From Candidatus Aenigmatarchaeota archaeon (GTDB lineage Archaea; Aenigmatarchaeota; Aenigmatarchaeia; Aenigmatarchaeales; JACQIB01), in NCBI GenBank assembly GCA_046760225.1, contig JBHIDR010000021.1, forward strand, positions 1-13,638: a DNA stretch of 13,638 nucleotides. The letters run 5' to 3'. The notes beneath the pieces are model-generated. The model saw only the letters and a program-made list of their open reading frames with translations, had not been told where the DNA came from and did not search any database. This document shows, one piece after another, positions 1-7,717 of the stretch. Both the position numbers and the translations under genes were made by a program. How positions within the stretch are numbered: the stretch's first letter is position 1; each line of letters opens with the position of its first letter.

Positions 1-867
1 TACTCCAACGCAACTGCAGAAAGTAACGGTGGAGAAGGAGTATATGTGTTCTACGAGGACACAGACAACAAGGTGCAGTATGACTCAGTGACAGATGGAA
101 CTGCAAACGACAACTTTGCTGACGTAACATACCAGGACGTGACACTTGACCTTGAGTGGGCAAACGTCACAGCAGCTGGAGGAGTCGAGCTCTTCGTGAA
201 CGAAGACGGAATGACCCTGACAGGCACAACAGCAGGAAACTACTCAATGGACATAAAGTTCAGTGGCAATGCAATTGACGGACTAGGAACAAACAAGAAC
301 AAGGAAGATGGAGAAGACCTATCTGTTTATGGCACAGAAGTAGGAACCAGGGAAGAGAGTGTCCTGACGCACATTGGTGCTGTCCTAGTGACACCAAAGT
401 CGAACACTGCTTCAGACAAGGTCGTAATCGATGTGCCGTCAGTGCAGGTCAAGGGAATCCTGACTGTTGGTCCAGTTGGTGAAGTAGCAGCAGGAGAAGA
501 GGTAACATACACAGAAGCAATACCAATAACATCGAGCGTTGCTGCACTTGACACCGAGGTCGACAAGACAGCATCTGACCTGATACTGGTCGGAGGTCCT
601 TGTGCAAACGACTTGGTCGAAGAACTTGCTCAGGCAGGCAAGTTCCCATACACATGCGACACATGGCCAACTGACAAGTTCGCAGTTGTCTCTGTGATAG
701 CAGACGCATTCACAACAGGTAAGACCGCGGTTGTGATTGCAGGAACAACAAGAACCGAGACAAACATGGGAACAGATGCTGTACAGCAGGGTCTGCTTGA
801 TGGAAGGACTGAGACACAGGTCAAGATAACAAGTCTGACCACAGCAGGAGTAACAGAATTGGTGTAA
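1..867 (+). CDS. S-layer protein, C-terminal part (5'-truncated by the window), with an S_layer_C-like terminal domain
   Basis: Frame 1 is open from base 1 (YSNATAESNGG...) to TAA 865-867, so GTG46 is internal. The protein is D/E/T/G/V-rich with N-glycosylation sequons NAT, NVT and NYS. Its C-terminal PITSSVAALDTEV...DLILVGGPCANDLV...AVVIAGTTRTET matches the archaeal S-layer C-terminal signature (LILVGGPxAN ... VxVAGxxxxxT). Strong codon bias (ACA, GCA, GAC, AAC, GGA) suggests high expression. Confidence 0.85.
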   Translation, partial: YSNATAESNGGEGVYVFYEDTDNKVQYDSVTDGTANDNFADVTYQDVTLDLEWANVTAAGGVELFVNEDGMTLTGTTAGNYSMDIKFSGNAIDGLGTNKNKEDGEDLSVYGTEVGTREESVLTHIGAVLVTPKSNTASDKVVIDVPSVQVKGILTVGPVGEVAAGEEVTYTEAIPITSSVAALDTEVDKTASDLILVGGPCANDLVEELAQAGKFPYTCDTWPTDKFAVVSVIADAFTTGKTAVVIAGTTRTETNMGTDAVQQGLLDGRTETQVKITSLTTAGVTELV

Positions 868-875
868 ATTCCTAT

Positions 876-922
876 GAGAGGGTGATGGCATGAGCCGTTC
901 CCCTCTTTTTTTCTCTTTTTTT
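876..922 (+). terminator. Stem-loop plus double T7 tract after the S-layer gene
   Basis: GAGAGGGTGATGGC (876-889) pairs with GCCGTTCCCCTCTT (894-907) at 13 of 14 positions, including three G-U pairs, around an ATGA loop. T7 runs lie at 906-912 and 916-922 (CTCTTTTTTT twice in tandem, 903-922). Confidence 0.7.
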
Positions 923-1465
923 AATTCTTCTCGTTTCATGGTCCTAGTGCTGATTCTGGCCGTACTCGTTTCAGGGTGCGTGACGCAGAACCCCTACAAG
1001 GCAAAGATAGGAGGAAAGGAGGTGGACTTCAGGGCAGACCTCAATGAGGCAAGGAAAGTGCCTGTTTATCCTTCTGAGTTCGCCTTGAAAGAGCTCCTCC
1101 TCCATGAAGGCATAGAAAGGGTGAGGATTGCTTTCATTCCGAATGAGCAGGAAAATCCCTTTTATGCTGTTGATGGCTTTGAAATAAGCTTCAAGCTCAC
1201 CACAATCTACATTGTGTATTTTGGTTACCAGATTCCCATTGAATCCCTTGAGGTCAACACCACCTCAGAGGCATTTGCAAATGCCACATATTCAGAACCC
1301 GTTATACTCATCTTGGGGCCTGCAACAGGCGCCAACCAGACTGCCGTGACAGTTGCAAATAATACGGTTGTTGTGGAAGGCCATGATTTGAGCGAGATAG
1401 ACAGGAAGTATACTGACCTTGACCTTGCAGTTGACAAGATGCTGCTCGTGCTCATTGGTGAATAA
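890..1465 (+). CDS. Putative lipoprotein of unknown function
   Basis: Hydrophobic stretch MVLVLILAVL, then lipobox-like VSG|C. Sequons NTT, NAT, NQT and NNT. SD-like GGTGA at 881-885 precedes ATG890; alternative start ATG938. Confidence 0.75.
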   Translation: MSRSPLFFSFFNSSRFMVLVLILAVLVSGCVTQNPYKAKIGGKEVDFRADLNEARKVPVYPSEFALKELLLHEGIERVRIAFIPNEQENPFYAVDGFEISFKLTTIYIVYFGYQIPIESLEVNTTSEAFANATYSEPVILILGPATGANQTAVTVANNTVVVEGHDLSEIDRKYTDLDLAVDKMLLVLIGE

Positions 1466-1466
1466 T

Positions 1467-1483
1467 TATTTAACCTATAAATA
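1467..1483. promoter_or_regulatory. TATTTA-N5-TAAATA palindromic TATA-like element (internal promoter or operator)
   Basis: TATTTAACCTATAAATA lies in the AT-rich gap before ATG1505 and is 16/17 identical to 11971-11987. Confidence 0.5.
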
Positions 1484-1504
1484 CTGATATTGAAAGGGGA
1501 TATT

Positions 1505-2161
1505 ATGAGAATAACAATAACAGATGTACTCATAGTCTTGCTGATAGTGGTATTTGTTTATTTTTCCCTGACAGCACCAAGGTATTTCCAGGTCAAGGGC
1601 AATGAGCTTTTCGGTGCAGTAATGACCTACAAGACACTTGTTGGCAGGGGATATGGGGCAGATGCTGAAATTTCAGGCATTGGTTCTGGATTTGATTTGC
1701 AGAGCATAGAGGGAATTGTAATTGACGCAACATCAACCAGGATGTACATATGGGACAGCAACAGGGTCCATGTTGTTTTCCAGAAGGATGAAAAGAACCC
1801 ACTTGCACATGGCTCAGAGCCACAATCACCCTATATAACCTCAAGCATAATAACACTCAGGCCAACTCAGTCCTATTCACTGGAAGAAACAGGCTGTGAA
1901 GGTGCTGAATTTGTGAGCCAGACATTGTATATTGAGCTTGACAAGGAGACTGACAGCATAGTCTGTGATTATATTTCCAAGAAGTTATGGGACAGGTTTG
2001 GTGGGGAAATAGGCTGCAGGGCCGATGGCAACCATGCCAGGATTAATCTGGCCTTTGCCCATGATTTCAGCTTTGGTGAAATCGAAAACACGTTTTCAGA
2101 TTTCAGATACAAGGTAGAAAGCTATCAAACCCTGTCCACTAAGTGTTTGGTGCTCAAATGA
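1505..2161 (+). CDS. Membrane-anchored hypothetical protein (N-terminal TM, probably extracytoplasmic domain)
   Basis: ATG1505 follows AAGGGGA and is preferred over TTG1490. It starts MRITITDVLIVLLIVVFVYF (one TM) and has four Cys in the C-terminal half. Its stop overlaps the next start (ATGA 2158-2161). Confidence 0.7.
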   Translation: MRITITDVLIVLLIVVFVYFSLTAPRYFQVKGNELFGAVMTYKTLVGRGYGADAEISGIGSGFDLQSIEGIVIDATSTRMYIWDSNRVHVVFQKDEKNPLAHGSEPQSPYITSSIITLRPTQSYSLEETGCEGAEFVSQTLYIELDKETDSIVCDYISKKLWDRFGGEIGCRADGNHARINLAFAHDFSFGEIENTFSDFRYKVESYQTLSTKCLVLK

Positions 2162-3378
2162 TTGGGATTCTTGCAAAGAAGGCTGCCAACCAGATAGAGA
2201 GGCTGGGAAAACTTACGAACTTGATAATAAAGAATTCAACTCAAGAAAAAAGAGCAACCAGAACAAGAAAAAAAGGAATCCGGCTGAATTCTTACCTCTT
2301 GGAAGGTATTGGCAGTTTCCTGGAGCCCTCTGTCTTCAGTGCAGGAAGGATGATGCTCTTAATCTTCCTCCTCTACGTCTTTCTGGGCGTCTTTTCTACT
2401 GTCCCCATGTTATATCCGCTTGAGCTTGCGATGGGCATGATTCTGATTTTCATTGCCATTGCAATGATACAGCTTGGCGGAAAAATGGGCAAGCTACCGA
2501 AGAGGCTTCCTTACCATGTTCCCAATTATGATTTCTGGGGAGGCATATTCCTTCTCGGGACACTCGGTTTGATTTTGAACTATCTTCAGGTCGGGACACC
2601 GCTTTTCAATCCTGACATAAGGCCCTACTATCATAACATGCTCTGGTCTGTTTCAATGATTTTCTATGTGATGGGCATGACAATGACAGCCATAAACCAT
2701 AGGAACAGAAACGTCTTTGTACTGCTTTCTCTGCTTTCCATCATACTTTCGGTCCTTTCAGGTTTCAGGACAGACTTTATAATTTTCCTTTTCCCACTAC
2801 TATTCTTTTTTTACTTCTTCAGGAAGTCAGGAAGGAGCGCATTTCTTTTGGCCCTACTTGTTGTCTCGGTCATTGCGATAATAGGTATAAAATATCTGCT
2901 GATAATTTTCGGGGGCAGTGCCCTTGGTGTTGAGCAGATATCATTTGCACGGGCCGGGTTCAGCCTTTATGTGCTATCGATATTGATTAAGAACGTAGGA
3001 ATTTTGGGCCTTACACATGGTGCTGTATGGCTGAATTCCTTTGTCCTGCAGTTCTTTGGTTTTCCTATTGCTCCAATAGGTGCAATAGTCTCCGAGATGG
3101 TAATAAACATGGCAAAGTCGCATGCCTCAACACTTGTTGGTCCCCTCTACCTTGAGTTTGGCGTTCTTGGCGTAATCATCGGTTCCCTTGTGCTTGGCTT
3201 CCTTTGCGAGCTGCCCCACAGGATATACAAGACGACCAGGAATTATTTTTTCCTTGGTCTTTACTCTATAAATCTTTCAATTCTTCTGGTCTGGGTTGAG
3301 ACCGGTATTGTGCAATACTATCTGGCATTTTTGTTCTTTGTAATAGGGTTTTGGTGTTTGCAATGGCTAAGAAGATGA
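2158..3378 (+). CDS. Oligosaccharide repeat unit polymerase (Wzy-like, PF01901-type), paralog 1
   Basis: Polytopic membrane protein with roughly 10-11 hydrophobic segments. Motifs LSGFRT and STLVGPLYLEFGVLG are typical of the archaeal O-antigen-polymerase-like family. Start placed at the ATGA overlap rather than GTG2143. Confidence 0.75.
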   Translation: MIGILAKKAANQIERLGKLTNLIIKNSTQEKRATRTRKKGIRLNSYLLEGIGSFLEPSVFSAGRMMLLIFLLYVFLGVFSTVPMLYPLELAMGMILIFIAIAMIQLGGKMGKLPKRLPYHVPNYDFWGGIFLLGTLGLILNYLQVGTPLFNPDIRPYYHNMLWSVSMIFYVMGMTMTAINHRNRNVFVLLSLLSIILSVLSGFRTDFIIFLFPLLFFFYFFRKSGRSAFLLALLVVSVIAIIGIKYLLIIFGGSALGVEQISFARAGFSLYVLSILIKNVGILGLTHGAVWLNSFVLQFFGFPIAPIGAIVSEMVINMAKSHASTLVGPLYLEFGVLGVIIGSLVLGFLCELPHRIYKTTRNYFFLGLYSINLSILLVWVETGIVQYYLAFLFFVIGFWCLQWLRR

Positions 3379-4451
3379 GCATTTGTTTGCTTTCGCGTTA
3401 TCCTCCATTGAAAGGGGGCGTATCAGTACATGTACAGGCCTTGGTAAAGGGCCTGAAAGAAAAGGGTCATGATATCACCCTTATAACCTATGGGAAGCTG
3501 AAAAGGAAGGAGAGAGGAACAAGGATAATCGAAGTCCCGATGATAAATTTGTTCTTCCTCCGCGGTCTTGTTTACCTTATCGGTGCAATCCTTGCGCTGC
3601 GTAAAGCAAGGGAGAAAATAGATATAATACATGCACATCCCCTGCATCCTGCAGGCACAGCTGCTGTGATGTTCAAGACATTCAGCAAGGTGCCTGTTGT
3701 TGTAACCTCTCATGGCTCGGACCTTGCAAAGTGGTCAAAGGTGCCATTAGGAAAGGCTTTCTTTTCCAGAATCGCAAATTCATCAGACAAGGTGATTTGT
3801 GTTAGTGATGCTCTTGCAAGGCGCGCAAAGGATATTGGCATAAAAAGAAAAAAGATAATGGTGGTCCCCAACGGCATAGACGTTCCCCATAAAATTAGGA
3901 AGGCAAGCAAGATTCGGCTCAGGCAGCAGCTGAGACTTCCGGAAAAAAAGAAAACAGTTCTCTTTGTTGGAATGATGGAAGATATAAAGAACCCGCAGGA
4001 ACTTCTTGAAGTTGCAAAGCACCTGAAGGATTATCTGTTTGTGTTTGTAGGTGGAGGAAGTCTAGAGAGGCAAATGAGGCAGTACGCAATAACAAACAAG
4101 CTGGGCAATGTGAGATTCACAGGCATGAAAGACCATGAAACCGCGCTGAAATACATCCGCGCTGCTGACATACTTGCAGTACCTTCAAAATTTGAGGGCT
4201 TTGGTATTGTTGCGCTGGAAGGCATGATGCTGGGAACCGCTGTTGTTGCAAAGCCAGCAGGAGCGCTTAAAAACCTCCTTGCCAGGGAGTCGTTGACAAA
4301 AAATTTGAAATCGAGAATCGTACAAGTGATGGAAAGCAAGAGACTGAGGAACAAAATAATAAGGAAAAACAGCAAAATTGCTGAAAAGTTTAATGAAAAT
4401 ACAATGGTAGATGAGATTGAAAGAATATATCAAACAGTTAGTAAGACCTGA
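3363..4451 (+). CDS. Glycosyltransferase family 4 (GT-B, retaining)
   Basis: Motifs YPPLKGGVSVHV, DIIHAH, VVTSHGSD, VVPNGID, LFVG and EGFGIVALE (E-x7-E). ATG3363 follows GGTG; ATG3375 (ATGA overlap) is an alternative. Confidence 0.92.
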   Translation: MAKKMSICLLSRYPPLKGGVSVHVQALVKGLKEKGHDITLITYGKLKRKERGTRIIEVPMINLFFLRGLVYLIGAILALRKAREKIDIIHAHPLHPAGTAAVMFKTFSKVPVVVTSHGSDLAKWSKVPLGKAFFSRIANSSDKVICVSDALARRAKDIGIKRKKIMVVPNGIDVPHKIRKASKIRLRQQLRLPEKKKTVLFVGMMEDIKNPQELLEVAKHLKDYLFVFVGGGSLERQMRQYAITNKLGNVRFTGMKDHETALKYIRAADILAVPSKFEGFGIVALEGMMLGTAVVAKPAGALKNLLARESLTKNLKSRIVQVMESKRLRNKIIRKNSKIAEKFNENTMVDEIERIYQTVSKT

Positions 4452-5616
4452 GGTATTTGTTTTACTTTCCTTGCTTTTTCTCCTTGCAGGAACTTACGTA
4501 ATTTATAATCCATATTTTCTATCAGTGAACCCGAACCTTTCCTTTTCTACTCTCTCCTTGTTTGTGTGGCTTTTCGCTCTCGGCTGCTTCCTCTTAGGTA
4601 TTAAGTACAAGGAATTGTTGTTCAAACTGAAACATCTTCCAGCAGCAATTATATTTTTATTAGCTTCACTTTCAATAAGCTTTTTGTACAGCCTACATCC
4701 CATAGTTGCACTACTCTTTGCTATTTCTGTCTTTGCAGTATCTTACTGTGTTTTGGAGTTCAGGTGGAATTTTCTTTACCTCTTTGCTTTAGGTACATTG
4801 GCTGTCCTGATCAATTTCTTGATTTTCGGTATACCCCTTCTGGATATACAGATTCATGTAGCCTCCTCAATGGCATGGAAGGGTTTATCTGATTTTGTAA
4901 ATCCTTTGTTCATTTTCGGTATCTATGCGATGCTTTATTCTGCAGTACGGCTTTATGGAGAAGGGAGGGTGAAAACTCTTTATGCCAGGAGCATGTTCCT
5001 GGTCCTTATTGTTCTTGCAGCCTTCTCATCGTTCAGGGTTTATGTGGCAATAGCATTTCTGGTCATGCTATTTATGGAAATGAAACAAAAGAAAGCAAAG
5101 GAAAATAGAAACACCTATGTCTTTCTTTCAGCCATGCTTGTTGCGGTCTTGGTTTTCTTTCTCTTGGTGGGGCACACTCTGGAGGTAGTCAAGAACAACG
5201 AGATAGGCGGTCCTATAGAGGTTGCACAATACAGGTTCGGTTTCTCTCTGCATGTTTTTGATGATATAGTAAAAAAGGCGTTTCCGTTCGGCCATGCCTT
5301 TGGGAGCACCTATATGTCTGAAAGCGGGATTGGCATCATGGTTTGTCAGGTGCTTTATGGGTGCAGTTCAAAGCTCACATCAACTGCTTTTGGACAGGCG
5401 ATGCTGGATTTCGGCTTGCTGGGAATCTTTCTCATGGCCTTTTTCCTTGCAGCTGTTCTGGGAAAGCTTTATGAGAGGGACTACCCTCTTTATACAATAG
5501 GAATTGCACATGCCATTGTTGCAATCGAAATAGGAATAAACATATTTTTCCTTTTGTTGTTCGCAATACTTTATTTGAGGCTGGTGGGATGGAATCCATT
5601 AAAAAGGCAGGACTGA
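4411..5616 (+). CDS. Oligosaccharide repeat unit polymerase (Wzy-like, PF01901-type), paralog 2; could be a ligase
   Basis: Polytopic membrane protein with GIPL, SSFRVY, YRFGFSL and LTSTAFGQAMLDFGLLG. These parallel GTPL, SGFRTD, ARAGFSL and ASTLVGPLYLEFGVLG in paralog 1. Confidence 0.7.
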   Translation: MRLKEYIKQLVRPEVFVLLSLLFLLAGTYVIYNPYFLSVNPNLSFSTLSLFVWLFALGCFLLGIKYKELLFKLKHLPAAIIFLLASLSISFLYSLHPIVALLFAISVFAVSYCVLEFRWNFLYLFALGTLAVLINFLIFGIPLLDIQIHVASSMAWKGLSDFVNPLFIFGIYAMLYSAVRLYGEGRVKTLYARSMFLVLIVLAAFSSFRVYVAIAFLVMLFMEMKQKKAKENRNTYVFLSAMLVAVLVFFLLVGHTLEVVKNNEIGGPIEVAQYRFGFSLHVFDDIVKKAFPFGHAFGSTYMSESGIGIMVCQVLYGCSSKLTSTAFGQAMLDFGLLGIFLMAFFLAAVLGKLYERDYPLYTIGIAHAIVAIEIGINIFFLLLFAILYLRLVGWNPLKRQD

Positions 5617-6830
5617 TTTTGCTTGCCGGACTTATATTCTCCCGTTTAGGCGGGACCCTGTTCAAGTTCATTGCAATCTACCATCTGACGCCGCTCGAGT
5701 ATGGAAAGCTTGCGCTCTTCCTCATAATGTTCAACTGGCTTCTCTTGATTGCTACCTTCAATACCACATTAGGTCTGGCAAAGTTCGTTGCAGAAAAGAG
5801 GAGCAAAAAGGAACTGCTTTATGGTTCAGCCCTCCTTGGCTCGACAATAATATCGCTTTTCATTTCAGGACTGTTGATTCTTTTTTCCAACCAGATTTCA
5901 TTGTTTATAGGCCTGGGCAGCATCCCCATAATATTGTTTTTGGCTGCTGTACTGCCGTTTGCAGTGGTATACAACATAACAATATTCTATTTCAGGGGCC
6001 TCTACAGAATGAAGGCCTCAACACTCTCTGATGTCGCGCTTTCAGCAGCAAAGGTAATTCTTTTAATATTCCTTTTTTATGTCGGTTACAACTATCCGCC
6101 TTACTTTGCTTTCCTTATAGCACACATGCTTATTGACCTTGTTTTAATCTTCAAGGGAAAGCTTCCGAAAAGAATTGCTTCAATCAACATGATAAAGATC
6201 AAAAAAGGGCTCATAAACTACAGAATGCTGCTCATTTATTCCTTTCCTATATTCATTGCAGAAATAACAAGATTCTTAGGGCTTGGAATTGACAGGTTCT
6301 TCCTTGCAAAATTTTTCACAACATCTGCAACAGGGATATATGACTTAGGTATATCGTTATGCATAGGATATCTTGTCATAGCCAATTCCTATGCGAATGC
6401 ACTGCTTCCTGTTGCAAGCAGGAACCATAGAAACGTTTCACGGCTCAAAACAAGTCTTTTCAAGTCAACAGGATACGTTGTAGTGCTTTATGTCCTTTAC
6501 ACAATGGCCATTCTTTTCTTCATCGAGCCCCTGGTCAACCTGATAAACCCACTCTATATTGAGGTCACGACATTTGTATTGCCGCTGATGGTTGTTTACG
6601 CCTTAATTGGCTTTCTTTCGCTGCTGACCCACTTCGCAAGTGCCATTGCCTTGCAGAAATACGCCGCATATGCATCAGCGGTGTTCCTTATTCTTGCCTT
6701 TACGTTAAACTTTTATTTGGTGCCTGAGCTAAAGTATTTAGGAGCAGTTGAAGCTCTGCTGGCCTCATCCCTGGCTTCCTTAGTATTGCTCATGTTGATG
6801 ATTTGGAGGGGGTTAAAATCAAGAAGATAA
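5589..6830 (+). CDS. Wzx-like oligosaccharide flippase (MOP/polysaccharide biosynthesis family)
   Basis: About 12 TM segments. Motifs LTPLEYG, LAKFVAE, FRGLYRMK, YSFP, IDRFFLAKF..TGIY, NALLP and LNFYLVP. Confidence 0.85.
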   Translation: MESIKKAGLILLAGLIFSRLGGTLFKFIAIYHLTPLEYGKLALFLIMFNWLLLIATFNTTLGLAKFVAEKRSKKELLYGSALLGSTIISLFISGLLILFSNQISLFIGLGSIPIILFLAAVLPFAVVYNITIFYFRGLYRMKASTLSDVALSAAKVILLIFLFYVGYNYPPYFAFLIAHMLIDLVLIFKGKLPKRIASINMIKIKKGLINYRMLLIYSFPIFIAEITRFLGLGIDRFFLAKFFTTSATGIYDLGISLCIGYLVIANSYANALLPVASRNHRNVSRLKTSLFKSTGYVVVLYVLYTMAILFFIEPLVNLINPLYIEVTTFVLPLMVVYALIGFLSLLTHFASAIALQKYAAYASAVFLILAFTLNFYLVPELKYLGAVEALLASSLASLVLLMLMIWRGLKSRR

Positions 6831-7717
6831 TAATTTTCATGGCACTAGTGTTTTTATGTTCACCTGCATATGCAGCTGAATCCTACGATCTTATCGTGGT
6901 AAGGGCTGACATACCAACAGAATATGTTGTTGCATCGGTTTATGCAAACTCAAAGAACATACCTGTCGTGCTTGTAAGTCCGGATGAGATATCAGAAAGC
7001 ATTTATGAAGAACTTCAGGGGTATGTTGCATCAGGCTATACAAGCCTTCTGCTTGTTGGTGGAAACGAGGCAATAGCGTTTGAGGTGGAAAAAACATTGA
7101 ACAACATGGGATTTAATGTCCGCAGGCTGTGGGACTGGAACAGGGAAGGCACAGCAGCCAGGGTTGCGGTTGAGCTCTGGGAAGAAAGCAAATATGTTGT
7201 TCTTGTCAACGGTGCCAATTACGACAATCTTCTGGCTGCGCAGAGGTTTGCAATGAAAAACAACATACCTGTCCTCTATACCATTGATGGGACTGTCCCT
7301 GAAGAGACAAGGACTGCAATGGAAAAGATCGGTGCTAGAAAGGCCTTTCTTTTTGAAACAGTGAAAGAAGATATGGGCATCGAGACAGAACTAATCAGTC
7401 CAGCTTCTTCTGACATAGAAAAGAAAGTGACCGAATCAGAATTTAGTTGGGTACTTTTTGCAATATTTGCCTTCGCGCTTGTTGCTGTCATCTTTATATC
7501 AAAAGTCAAGCTGCCCTCAAGCATACTTACAAAGGAAGAGAGAAAGATAATCTATGCTGTTAAAAGGAGAGCAGTGAAACAGAACGAGCTTCCTGGCATA
7601 ACAGGTTTTTCCAAGCCCAAGGTCTCAAGGCTTGTCCAGAACCTTGAGAAAAGAGGTCTTGTTTCTAGAAAGAAAATAAAGAAGACCTATCTTGTGGAGA
7701 GCAAGACCAAGATATAA
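6803..7717 (+). CDS. Cell-wall-binding repeat 2 (CWB2) domain / transmembrane helix / winged-HTH fusion protein
   Basis: Signal peptide KKIIIFMALVFLCSPAYA|AE. Two CWB2-like repeats (ASVYANSKNIPVVLV..LLVGGNEAI..RLWDWNREGTA; AAQRFAMKNNIPVLYT). TM segment FSWVLFAIFAFALVAVIFI. C-terminal LTKEERKII..QNEL..TGFSKPKVSRLVQNLEKRGLV wHTH. Start uncertain (TTG6803 or ATC6818). Confidence 0.78.
   Translation: MEGVKIKKIIIFMALVFLCSPAYAAESYDLIVVRADIPTEYVVASVYANSKNIPVVLVSPDEISESIYEELQGYVASGYTSLLLVGGNEAIAFEVEKTLNNMGFNVRRLWDWNREGTAARVAVELWEESKYVVLVNGANYDNLLAAQRFAMKNNIPVLYTIDGTVPEETRTAMEKIGARKAFLFETVKEDMGIETELISPASSDIEKKVTESEFSWVLFAIFAFALVAVIFISKVKLPSSILTKEERKIIYAVKRRAVKQNELPGITGFSKPKVSRLVQNLEKRGLVSRKKIKKTYLVESKTKI

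Noticed and set aside
439..939. 166-aa Cys-rich minus-strand ORF and other ORFs antisense to the S-layer gene
   Set aside because: Shadow of the ACA/GCA codon bias on the plus strand; no recognisable motif.
2268..2274. A7 tract (and similar 7-mers elsewhere) as phase-variation sites
   Set aside because: Too short, in frame, and expected in Lys- or Phe-rich coding sequence.
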